Virus record (IMG/VR): IMGVR_UViG_3300037400_003307
Coordinates: 1-26,806 of that record
From: a virus
Direction: 5' to 3' (one strand)
Length of the DNA: 26,806 nucleotides
The position numbers and the translations under genes are program-made. Positions 7,701 to 14,649 of this stretch are shown piece after piece. The notes below the pieces were generated by a model, which was not told where the DNA came from, did not search any database, and saw only the letters and a program-made list of their open reading frames with translations. Within the stretch, counting starts at the first letter, position 1, and every line of letters starts with the position of its first letter.

Positions 7701-10589
7701 ATAGCAATGACCGATCTTATGATCTAAATTAGTATCAGTATATCTTTCATCATCTCTAATATTAAAACTGTTTTGTCCAGTAGCATCCTCAAAGAAAGTG
7801 CCTGTAATTTTATCATATAAGCAATTTGAAGGAGCAACTTGATCACCAATCTTATCATAGAACTGAACTGGAATATAATCTCTAATTAAAGTTCCATTAT
7901 AATAGATACGACAACTATAAATACCAATACCAGCTAAACCATCTTCATATGTTCCACCATTATTATTAGCAAACAAATATAATGGATAAGGCATCTGTGC
8001 GGCCTCGCTTGCCATTGTGTTACTATAAGTGAAGACCGCAGTAGAATAACCAGGTCTTTCAATAGCATAAATACCAGAATTTGCTGAAAAACCAATTGCA
8101 GCATCTTCAGTTTGAACCAAAGTGTCAGAATAAAGTCCTGCTTTTGCTTCATATGTATTCACACCTGTAAGATTCTCACCATATTGTGTCTGGTTGTTAA
8201 ATCTCATAAAATATGATCCTAATATTGAACTAGAACCAAATAAATAACCATAACCTGCATTTACATTGTGTAAAGGAGCATCCTCATCTACTCTTTCGCA
8301 CTCCATTACTACAGTTAATTTGCTCATATCTTCAACTGAAACACCAGTATTAATATAAGCATGATTCATTGTCCAATTAGGATGCAAAGATTCATAATCA
8401 CCTAAATCATTATGTTCAAGGAAAAGGAATCTATGTGGATAATCTAAATCTCCACCTGGTTCCATAACAGTTTCATAAACTACATTTAAACTTGTTAAAT
8501 TTCTTAATGATTCAAAATTAACAGGTCCATGATACTGAAGTTCGCCATCATCACAATAACTAGGTTTATATGCATTTATATTAAATCCTAAATCATATAA
8601 AGTTGTATCAACCGTAAAATCAATAACCTTATATGATATTGAACTACTTCCAATCCAATTTAAATCATCTACATCATCTGTATAATATCTAACTGGAGTG
8701 ATAAAAGTAGAAGCCATATAAACTACTGTATAATTTGATTCAATTTCATCAAATGTGAGAAGGGCAGTTGAACTATAACCATCTAAAATACCATTCTCAT
8801 AGTAATCTGGCTTATAAAGATTCATATTAAATACATCTTTAAGTCTAATACCATTTATAGTATCAGCTTCATTAATAGTAATGATTGATGTATTAATTGT
8901 TGCAAAAGTAGAAGATAACTCTTGCTTATATTTTAAAATAATATTTTTTGTGCGGGCAGCTACTATTTCCTCAAAATAAATGAGAATAGGAGAAGCTTGA
9001 GTCAAACCCGCTAGTGTTACAGGGCCATCATATGAAAGAAGAGCGTCAAATTGAAAACCTTCTGGTCTATAACTAGAAATTGGAATAATATCACTTAATA
9101 CTGGATCTCCAATAAAATCTAACGCATTAATAGTAAGTTCTGTTACTACAGGTTCTTCATCTGGCACATGGTATTGAACCTGAATAGTATAATCAATTGG
9201 TTCATAATAAACCTGTAATACTCCACTAGAAATAACAGCATCATAACTATCATAAATACTGCTATTATACAAAACTCCATTCTGATACTCTGAAGTATGA
9301 TATTTATTTAAATCTAAATTAATATCAGAAAGATCAAAACTTTCTTCGTATGATTCTTTATAAACAGTTGAAAGTGTAGTTGTAGATAATCTATACCAGC
9401 CTGGATAAACTCCAATATAATATTCTACAAAAACAATATTCGTAGATTTAGCATATTTAATTTCATAACTAGATTCTACGCCGTCATAATCAACCAATTC
9501 TGTAGCACTGTGATCTTCAATATAACCTTCATTGTAGTATGTTGCTGTTGGTCTATAAGCATTTACATTAAGAATTTCTCCAAGAGTCATTCCATCTGTA
9601 AAATCACTTTGTTTAAATACTTTTGTAGTAGCTCCAACAGTGGAGAAAGAACCATTATCGTCTTCTTTTTTATAAGTTACGGTTACATTTTTAGTTAAAT
9701 CGTTTTCCAATCTATCATAAAAAACATAAATTGGACTTACAGCTAATAAGTTTTCTACAGTTAAAGCTCCTGTAAAAGCTATTCTGCCAAGATAACCTTC
9801 TGGCTTATAACTTTTAATATCAACTAATTGTCCAATAGACTGAATGTTCTGTAACTGCGGATAAGTAAACTGAATATTGTTAGTAAACATATCCTGATAA
9901 ACACCAGTGCCGTTATCCATGTAATAATTAATAGTTAAGTTATAAGCTATAGGAGCATAATTAATAATAAGAGTTCCTAATGACTGTAAGTTTTCATAAG
10001 TAATTTCTCTGCCGCCAAGATTTGTAGCAATACCTTCTTGATAATAATTAGGTCTATACTTATTTGTTTCAATACCTATAGAAGCTAATGTATTATTAGT
10101 ATCCTCAAACATTGCTGCTCGAATAGTAACACTATCAGTTGATAATAAAGTTGTTGAGTTCTGATAATATAAAAGAGTTAGTTTAAAACTGCTTGTATAA
10201 TTTGCATCAGTTGTGTAAACCTCTCTTTCACCTTTTGCATAATCAGAAGTAAAACTATAATCAACTATAAAATTACCATTCTTTAATCTTCTTGGACTAG
10301 CAGAACCAATCATACTAACATCAAAATAATAATCTAGATCATCAAACTTTAATGTAGCTTTCTTAAGCATATTAGTAAGTTTGCTAATTCTTAAGAAAGC
10401 ATCATCTTCGTCTTGAGCAAGCACTAAAAAAGACAGTTTAATGTTTTTAAAACTGTCTTGCTGTCTTATATAAGTTGGTTGAATATCTCCATCTAACCAA
10501 GCTTCTTTTGTGCTTACTTGATTACTTGAAATGACTCTATCATATAATTTAATGCCGAGACTGCTTAATTCAATATTATTAATTAACAT
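1728..10589 (-). CDS. Giant (2,953 aa) modular tail-tip adhesin: Dit N-terminal ring domain fused to ~14 beta-rich ~83-aa repeats, three lectin/jelly-roll-like modules and ~6 SH3b-like modules
   Basis: Uninterrupted 8,862-nt ORF. The ATG is preceded by GAGGAGG and overlaps the upstream stop (TAATG). aa 1-125 resemble the Dit N-domain (LSSLGIKL..., DDLDYYFDV..., GNFIVDYSFTSDYAKG). The recurring [NS]xY[KR]P..[YF] motif and the SH3b-like GW...GW(I/L) motifs are detailed in the findings. Confidence 0.85.
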   Translation of the reverse strand: MLINNIELSSLGIKLYDRVISSNQVSTKEAWLDGDIQPTYIRQQDSFKNIKLSFLVLAQDEDDAFLRISKLTNMLKKATLKFDDLDYYFDVSMIGSASPRRLKNGNFIVDYSFTSDYAKGEREVYTTDANYTSSFKLTLLYYQNSTTLLSTDSVTIRAAMFEDTNNTLASIGIETNKYRPNYYQEGIATNLGGREITYENLQSLGTLIINYAPIAYNLTINYYMDNGTGVYQDMFTNNIQFTYPQLQNIQSIGQLVDIKSYKPEGYLGRIAFTGALTVENLLAVSPIYVFYDRLENDLTKNVTVTYKKEDDNGSFSTVGATTKVFKQSDFTDGMTLGEILNVNAYRPTATYYNEGYIEDHSATELVDYDGVESSYEIKYAKSTNIVFVEYYIGVYPGWYRLSTTTLSTVYKESYEESFDLSDINLDLNKYHTSEYQNGVLYNSSIYDSYDAVISSGVLQVYYEPIDYTIQVQYHVPDEEPVVTELTINALDFIGDPVLSDIIPISSYRPEGFQFDALLSYDGPVTLAGLTQASPILIYFEEIVAARTKNIILKYKQELSSTFATINTSIITINEADTINGIRLKDVFNMNLYKPDYYENGILDGYSSTALLTFDEIESNYTVVYMASTFITPVRYYTDDVDDLNWIGSSSISYKVIDFTVDTTLYDLGFNINAYKPSYCDDGELQYHGPVNFESLRNLTSLNVVYETVMEPGGDLDYPHRFLFLEHNDLGDYESLHPNWTMNHAYINTGVSVEDMSKLTVVMECERVDEDAPLHNVNAGYGYLFGSSSILGSYFMRFNNQTQYGENLTGVNTYEAKAGLYSDTLVQTEDAAIGFSANSGIYAIERPGYSTAVFTYSNTMASEAAQMPYPLYLFANNNGGTYEDGLAGIGIYSCRIYYNGTLIRDYIPVQFYDKIGDQVAPSNCLYDKITGTFFEDATGQNSFNIRDDERYTDTNLDHKIGHCYVNYYKGETFMQSVAYYFRASDFVDQIFDPYEKFQIDLYQPSYYKPGEIVDASTLVWDFDNMNNAVYTVVYPEQANTITVKYYTENNVGVRTLIEEETIGISERDFYQAPTFGDIVRINKYKPEGFETDFEYPGTKVSLTRVVDHSPYEIVYKAADRELETYTTIIRYIKKVYGIRTYETIASEVLTFDETQFRDGEYIDFYINKNLHKPANYYKDGEPYQWYEMDERIDNPSKLKEMYTIVYLVDTVYLDVNYYKNSVNTENLIASTTWGINIDDFEPGVAIYILDTIPNGYVNKYKPANCNGGQIQNSSTSYSTFADLAAIEEVAIVYEEMTQPHDPESLSYEQKVLYWGEVNDEDYFNDIHGSDRFYGGKIPYIDLGYKPKDISRLRVELKGYARPWGIGTNTAQYMYQDFAYTYFFGYYGALGEAYLGTEEGDRGGISISASANGTPRGSAISPSSSGCFAFRCRVPEAGGYVYTAAGPQTIDGQAYYRAGDAATVISGQPKLRFTGIQAVYRKGKYSDYDDNYNVIKAYSNYGFTRTDEENINSYYVTDVESQILKNLPECDHIPNWCINRATGGTTRQRTACGNPYTMILDAYNSYGSEWRDGDSNTPTVYNFDESEDNPLFENICQPKGTLSLFQTTNPDTGNVNIMPFNPTVMPYLGVSGSMNLSSHALGNPYDHDFSTSVTTTSLVMTGTDGSGQPIFETKSQTRNILYASFQAPAFPQMTGCAIWGIKIYDQDRLVRNLIPVAEGDQIYDYVMPANGLFDLVTEIFFGNSNKGGSYTYDSYLGPQTSAVHVVQNIEANEVLPLNCIPDPTIYGKTVANYYDYDNSFITNQFVNVPTWYNESNEEIEDILQFNDYKPDDFHLDGLLDLDTDLSFQNMTLANIYEMGAMNIYYKLRNFTKTVVYYKDNVRVGSRDIFYSLEDIQNATSLDDLGIDVDLFYDEDFAHGRLVFDESIIENDDIEAFIDAPSPIVVYDKLTKQEAPNLLYVEYYRQGAYDDTLITVNEDSPNYLDCDLDAVVLNPNGAIKYYNHYHTALYEDEDYDYFIPYQVYVRNKFAGIHRGPARKFPTLAMIIENDNYTITEERNGWGRLDEYQAGWILLNQTDPVTGPGQNPDYDVADQETATIPFGSEITITKMTIDRLWCYCPAQDSWIKNEDISFNQAGKLYNGLGIDVIHLDEVDFSDPTLSSVGIYPQQYKLRFHNQASVPELTLSYANLSDLHEIEFVYPETIYSYTCKYYQYQTIPVNLLGTAAFTCSISDWNPDWDKFIETSWQQEEQIDYGYLKTRKTVDPHYLVIYSEPDDSSQSVTNYDCDGKTVLRITGEMTQQFYPVQDCNDTTIVGYVRALDTAYYELISEYGGTITVDIEPTLYRDTELTLTWDYFGFDKNLYKPLGFGDGVYLWNPRPWNKDNIKFTFNELVRCGTQYVVYPPFDPNTYKLWNQPNYLGTYYTIHYTGGSNETHYIKNRGISINMAGTYNYFEPGEYTEHPIYDIYTSGEITKAFVKTSDTLDTSEDSYYYSKSWNGSFYWLTDLYNEAANTHVTGYIPPYIKTWDTRGGNIQTLLDNPEVGDSYFYTFSNFRSSPTLVLGIGNEYLNKEPRYYLLKDQAQSMYDSDWLRMYDNTNLKGYALGRGSADRYLMTADPYSNSVIGGSDDYQHLSGIIYDNIAYENFMMIHYWVPVPKGVRYNWNGQEERMPDNGLFDLLTGDFARSYRLTDGAIKPSSSYSGTLQPTRDGKDLIFLRNQEINENNAYNYFANKEFEYETINSIYKISTDTQTYNWPDTYADRVRTIRQNTIIPVLRYADPQSNLVSGSWLYTGDQWLPENNATIITSGYAVESISYTFEKQTIGIRSINGQIIRCEKDPYFQNVGSEIDYGTDPMVLTSYCTASYTNDGTPAAYFTGEGWIPYSNTHKRTVEDGTNYVVAVNTNYYQYPIEDNNYLIDQYHYGDRITAISVMYADHDWIYTGIGWLKKTANNLSIVE

Positions 10590-10831
10590 TAATAGCCTCC
10601 TCTTTGGTTTTTTAAAGCTAATTCATTTGATATACCTTCAATTGACATTCCTTCAGTTGATGAATCATTAATATAAGCTTGATTTGCAATATAAGCATTC
10701 ATTTGATTTTCATTAAACCCCATATTATTAGATAATTCATGAACAGAATTTAATAAATCTGTTCCTGCGGATAAATTTTCAGAAGGATATAAACTTTTTC
10801 TTTCAAGTTCTTGACTTATATTTTCTTCCAC
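10589..10831 (-). CDS. Hypothetical 80-aa protein in the position normally held by the tape measure gene (GTG start)
   Basis: GTG start at 10831, 9 nt after AAGGAGG. Its stop overlaps the giant ORF's ATG (TAATG). No recognisable motif. Confidence 0.5.
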   Translation of the reverse strand: MEENISQELERKSLYPSENLSAGTDLLNSVHELSNNMGFNENQMNAYIANQAYINDSSTEGMSIEGISNELALKNQRGGY

Positions 10832-10835
10832 AATA

Positions 10836-11348
10836 TTAATCCTCCTTAATATTTAAAGATTGAAAAGTTAATTTTCTTTCTTCACTACTTCCAATTTGAT
10901 ACCCTTTATCTTCAATTAGCCTAATATCAGCTTTTAAATTATTTCTTTGCTTTAAAGCAATTAAAAAAAGATTTGCATCAATTTCTTTTCTTCGTTTAAA
11001 ACCTTCATATGCCATATTTATATCTTGAAGTGTCATTTGATAAAAATCACAAGGAGCTATACCCATTTCTCCAACGATTCTGGTGTATAGCTCCTCGATT
11101 TCTATAGGAGTTTTTGAAAGAAAATTATGATTTATATAATTATCAAGCAAATTTATTTCAGATTCAGAACACTTATTAAGAAGTGCTTTTACATCTTGAA
11201 ATGTCATATTTGGTTGATCTGTAATGAAACCAGAAAAATAAATTAATAATTTTTCATCTTCATCTAAATATAACAAATCATTAAACATTATTAGCCCTTT
11301 AAGCCCAAAACGGAAACTATATATAGCACCGTCTTTGCTTAAAATCAT
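10836..11348 (-). CDS. Tail assembly chaperone (gpG-like), putative
   Basis: Lies immediately downstream of the major tail protein with an ATGA overlap. Size, acidic character and the motif ...GIAPCDFYQMTLQDINMAYEGFKRRKE... are typical of Gram-positive siphovirus chaperones. Confidence 0.5.
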   Translation of the reverse strand: MILSKDGAIYSFRFGLKGLIMFNDLLYLDEDEKLLIYFSGFITDQPNMTFQDVKALLNKCSESEINLLDNYINHNFLSKTPIEIEELYTRIVGEMGIAPCDFYQMTLQDINMAYEGFKRRKEIDANLFLIALKQRNNLKADIRLIEDKGYQIGSSEERKLTFQSLNIKED

Positions 11349-11734
11349 ATTATATTTAATTCTCCATTTCCTAATAACTGCATATTATATTTAAATTGCC
11401 CGTTATATCCAGCAGATACAGGGAAATTAGTTATAATTGCATTACCTTTATATTTTTTATTATTAATTCTAACTTCAACCTCAATGTCAGCATTATTCAT
11501 AAAAGCTTCTTCCAAAAGGTCATAAGATTTAGAATTAATTATATATAACCCAGAACATGCAATACTCCAAGTTTTTAAGCCTGACAATCTTTCTTGCCAG
11601 TCTCCATTAATTTGATTAGTAATATCAATAGCAGAGGCAGAGCGATTCAGACTAATATTTTGCTGTCCTGCAACAGCTTTATCATTTATATAAAGGATTA
11701 CATCAATCCCCTGTCTGACTTGTTGTTTCATCAT
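11345..11734 (-). CDS. Major tail (tube) protein, TP901-1/phi13-like, putative
   Basis: 129 aa, located between the tail-terminator-like gene and the chaperone. The pattern ...GLKTWSIACSGLYI...FKYNMQLLGNGEL fits. RBS GAGGAGG. Confidence 0.55.
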   Translation of the reverse strand: MMKQQVRQGIDVILYINDKAVAGQQNISLNRSASAIDITNQINGDWQERLSGLKTWSIACSGLYIINSKSYDLLEEAFMNNADIEVEVRINNKKYKGNAIITNFPVSAGYNGQFKYNMQLLGNGELNII

Positions 11735-12122
11735 CTTCCTCCTCTAATAATCCAGAAGTAAGAATAAATCTATAAGAAAGCACTCCATGTTTGCGGACAG
11801 GACCTGTTTCTTTATCGCCCAGAACAACCATACTGTTTAAGCCAGCTGCGGTGATTTCTGGACACGTTGCCCGCAAATCTTGTAGATGATTTAATATATC
11901 TTCATTAATAAGAATTATTTCTTTCTCACCATTATATTGGGAAAATACATCTACAATGATTGTAACAATATCATATCTTATATCAAAACTTACTGCTGAT
12001 TGATATCCTCCAGTTCTTATCATTATCCAAGGAAAATTTTCTTGATAAGTTCCATTATCAGTGCAGTTATATCCTAGATTTTTAATCAACTGAAGGAATT
12101 GAGTTTTAATTTTTTCTAACAT
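11703..12122 (-). CDS. Tail terminator / tail completion protein, putative
   Basis: 139 aa directly upstream of the major tail protein. The pattern ...NFPWIMIRTGG...VDVFSQYNGEKE... resembles tail-terminator or minor-capsid-type proteins. RBS GGGGAGG. It overlaps the next gene by 32 nt. Confidence 0.45.
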   Translation of the reverse strand: MLEKIKTQFLQLIKNLGYNCTDNGTYQENFPWIMIRTGGYQSAVSFDIRYDIVTIIVDVFSQYNGEKEIILINEDILNHLQDLRATCPEITAAGLNSMVVLGDKETGPVRKHGVLSYRFILTSGLLEEEDDETTSQTGD

Positions 12123-12125
12123 AGA

Positions 12126-12323
12126 TTAATCCTCCCCAGGAGCATCAACTAATTTATAATTCTCAATTGTATCAAATTTACTCAAGAACAACACATTAGC
12201 ATAAAGATGCTCTTGTTCTTCAGTTTTATTACCTTCTTCATCTATGATTGTTGCAGTATGAGGCTCGGCCCAATCATAAACCTTGCCCTCTGGAGCCTCG
12301 AATTTAATAACTCTAGTTCCCAT
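12126..12323 (-). CDS. Hypothetical protein (65 aa)
   Basis: ATG with AAGGAG upstream, tightly packed in the operon. No motif recognised. Confidence 0.5.
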   Translation of the reverse strand: MGTRVIKFEAPEGKVYDWAEPHTATIIDEEGNKTEEQEHLYANVLFLSKFDTIENYKLVDAPGED

Positions 12324-12337
12324 TTTTATAAATCTCC

Positions 12338-13000
12338 TTATGTAATTATAACGTTTGGCGTATATACAAAACCACCGCCACCACCAGATCCAGCTTTTTC
12401 AATTCTATCGACTCTTTCAGAAAAACTTTGACCTACCATAACTTGAACTGTTGTAGTAATAAATGCAGTTATAAAAGAGGCTACTATAGCTCCTGCCATA
12501 GCTGCTAATGAACCACCTATGCCCATAGCGCCAGGTAATCCTTGAGCATTTAATCCTGCTTGAGCATTTCCATATTTATCTGCTTGTTGAGCGGCTAAAG
12601 CTTGAGCTTGTTGTTCCATAGCCTCTTCTTCTGCCAATATTTGTTCTTCTAATTGAGCGTCTTCTTCAGCTTGACTCCATAAAGGTTCTGCTGCGGCCAA
12701 AGCTTCTTCTAATGCTGGAGTAAAATAAGGTTGTGCAGCTTGACACCAAGTCCCATATTCTGGATACTGCGCATATTCACAATCAGTTTCCACCTCACAA
12801 AATGAATTGCCATCAGTATCTGCGCTCAATGTTGATTGTAAATATCCAGTATCTACTGGAACAAGATCATCTGCTACAGATAAAAAAGTATCTACAAATA
12901 CATCACAACCTGGACCATAATCTGGACGCACATTATATGTTTCAGTAGCTTCAATATAACCAAAGTCACTTATTACATCAAAACTTGCGTATAAACCCAT
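12338..13000 (-). CDS. HK97 gp10-like head-tail joining protein with an unusual C-terminal acidic coiled-coil plus Gly-rich hydrophobic extension
   Basis: LVPVDTGYLQSTL is the hallmark gp10-family motif (PVDTG.L..S). aa ~100-145 are an E/A/Q-rich helix. aa ~150-190 (GAMGIGGSLAAMAGAIVASFITAFITTTVQVMVG) are hydrophobic and Gly-rich, followed by GSGGGGG. Confidence 0.6.
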   Translation of the reverse strand: MGLYASFDVISDFGYIEATETYNVRPDYGPGCDVFVDTFLSVADDLVPVDTGYLQSTLSADTDGNSFCEVETDCEYAQYPEYGTWCQAAQPYFTPALEEALAAAEPLWSQAEEDAQLEEQILAEEEAMEQQAQALAAQQADKYGNAQAGLNAQGLPGAMGIGGSLAAMAGAIVASFITAFITTTVQVMVGQSFSERVDRIEKAGSGGGGGFVYTPNVIIT

Positions 13001-13680
13001 TATATCTTTTCCTTATATATACAAAACAAATACGTCTGTTCAGAAGCACCATATAACCCATACCAAGAAGATGCATTTGCTGGTTTTAAAGTTATTGTTG
13101 TTGATGATCCTCCAACACTAACTGTCATATTTATATTTGATCCACCTTTAACTTTAGTAACAGTTCCATTATCATATTTATATATGGCCAATGGAGACGC
13201 TGGAGTTCCACTAGGATAAGTTGCAGAACCACTACTTCCTAATGAAACTGGAGTGCATACTAAATAAAAATAATATGAAGCTTTAGGCAATGTAAAAGTC
13301 ATAGAAGCTGAAGTGCTTTTTGATGTAAATGTTCTATAATAAAAACTTCCTTTTCTTACTGCACCGTCTTTCCATGAATAAATATCCATTGCTGGACCTT
13401 CATAAGTTCCTTTTACCCCCAAAATATTAACATTCTTTTTTATTTTAGATTCAACGATATCTGAATCAGATACTTTAGCTGTAGCATAATTTGTAACATC
13501 TATTGTATCCATGCTTGTAATATATTTCATTCCACTTGGAGTAATACCACCACCTGTTGTAATTCCATTTACTGCAGTAGCCATTTCAGCCACCGTCATA
13601 GTGTCACTATCTCCAGTTTTAGCTCTTATAGCATCACCAAGAGCAGTTAAGTCACTAGTATTTTCTAAACTATATGCCAT
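13000..13680 (-). CDS. Hypothetical structural (fibre-associated) protein
   Basis: N-terminal LTALGDAIRAKTGDSDTMTVAEMATAV is a motif I associate with phage fibre or receptor-binding accessory proteins. TAATG coupling on both sides. Confidence 0.4.
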   Translation of the reverse strand: MAYSLENTSDLTALGDAIRAKTGDSDTMTVAEMATAVNGITTGGGITPSGMKYITSMDTIDVTNYATAKVSDSDIVESKIKKNVNILGVKGTYEGPAMDIYSWKDGAVRKGSFYYRTFTSKSTSASMTFTLPKASYYFYLVCTPVSLGSSGSATYPSGTPASPLAIYKYDNGTVTKVKGGSNINMTVSVGGSSTTITLKPANASSWYGLYGASEQTYLFCIYKEKI

Positions 13681-14081
13681 TAATAACTACCTCCTACTGT
13701 TACAGATTCCCAACTATAAATTGGGGTTAAATTAACTCCAGAAAGAGTGCATTTTAAAAAATATGTTCCAGCATTAGATGGAGCAGAAGGAAGACCAGTT
13801 ACTGTCGATCTAATTTCATTATTAGCATCTATACTAATACCAGTTCCAGCACTATATGTTGTATCAGTATCAGTAGCTGAAATAACGCCATTGCTAATGG
13901 TTATAGAAGAACCATCAACTTTAACTCCTCCAAGAGTAGAAGTAGAAGCGGTAGGCAGACTATATTGAGAAGGCATATTTGTATTAATATACTGCTTAAT
14001 TAACCGAGCAAATCTTTCAAGCCCTCTTCCATCAATATAAATGTTGTCATATTGACTTCCTATACCTTGTTCTCCTGCCAT
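13680..14081 (-). CDS. Fibre-like protein (133 aa)
   Basis: STLGGVKVDGSSITISNGVISA and YSAGTGISID motifs are typical of phage fibre shafts. The second motif recurs in the 537-aa fibre. Confidence 0.5.
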   Translation of the reverse strand: MAGEQGIGSQYDNIYIDGRGLERFARLIKQYINTNMPSQYSLPTASTSTLGGVKVDGSSITISNGVISATDTDTTYSAGTGISIDANNEIRSTVTGLPSAPSNAGTYFLKCTLSGVNLTPIYSWESVTVGGSY

Positions 14082-14100
14082 AATAATCCTCCTTCCTCAA

Positions 14101-14637
14101 TTAAGAAGCTGATGCAGCACTCCAAATTGAATCAATTTCAGAATTAGTAAGGGTGTCAATAGACATAGAAGTATCTCCAATAATCTCCCAAGCATTATTA
14201 ACATAAGCATATTCTGTATATACTTGATTAGTTCCAGAAGTAGATTTAGGAACTAAATAGATTTTTGAAGTTGAAATATTACTTGAAGGTAATGTTTGAA
14301 CTATTTCAAAACTAAAGGTTCCAATACCACTAATTGCAGATGTAATATCTGACATTGTAGCAACCTTATTTGAAGATGCATTATAAGCTGTATTAAATAC
14401 CAAAGTGTCTTGCTTTCCACTTACGTCTGGAATATCGCTCATTGTAGCTACTTTATTAGTAGATGAATCATAAGCTGTATTAAAAACAAGAGCATCTTGC
14501 TTACTAGCTAAAGCACTAGCATCAGCCTTACTGGCTAAATCACTTGTGCTTGCCTTACCAGCTAAAGCAGTTTTAATCAAACTACTAAAATAAACTAATT
14601 TATCACCAGTTAAAACTTTATTATCATATGTTGCCAT
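14101..14637 (-). CDS. Fibre-like protein with a 29-aa tandem repeat
   Basis: KQDALVFNTAYDSSTNKVATMSDIPDVSG / KQDTLVFNTAYNASSNKVATMSDITSAISG (nt ~14329-14502). It shares the IVQ.LP...IY.V...Y.EY.Y.N.AWE.IG module and the C-terminal LTNS(D/E)I..IW motif with the 537-aa ORF. Confidence 0.55.
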   Translation of the reverse strand: MATYDNKVLTGDKLVYFSSLIKTALAGKASTSDLASKADASALASKQDALVFNTAYDSSTNKVATMSDIPDVSGKQDTLVFNTAYNASSNKVATMSDITSAISGIGTFSFEIVQTLPSSNISTSKIYLVPKSTSGTNQVYTEYAYVNNAWEIIGDTSMSIDTLTNSEIDSIWSAASAS

Positions 14638-14649
14638 AATAAAATCTCC

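Noticed and set aside
1839-9698. Plus-strand ORFs of 62-90 aa inside the giant gene (1839-2033, 5433-5624, 7269-7541, 9510-9698) and the minus-strand out-of-frame ORF at 7934-8152
   Set aside because: They are antisense or alternate-frame shadows of a long, well-signalled ORF. They are Ile/Phe/Ser/Cys-rich and low in complexity, they have no RBS, and they are fully embedded.
10825-10980. Classical gpG/gpGT chaperone frameshift linking the 170-aa ORF to the 80-aa ORF
   Set aside because: The 80-aa ORF is in the +1 frame, not the -1 frame, relative to the 170-aa ORF. It is open for only 7 codons upstream of its GTG. The AGGAGG just before the TAA looks like a normal RBS rather than a prfB-like shift site. 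A U_UUU_UUA heptamer exists in the 170-aa ORF (~10966-10974), but I could not show a meaningful -1 extension.
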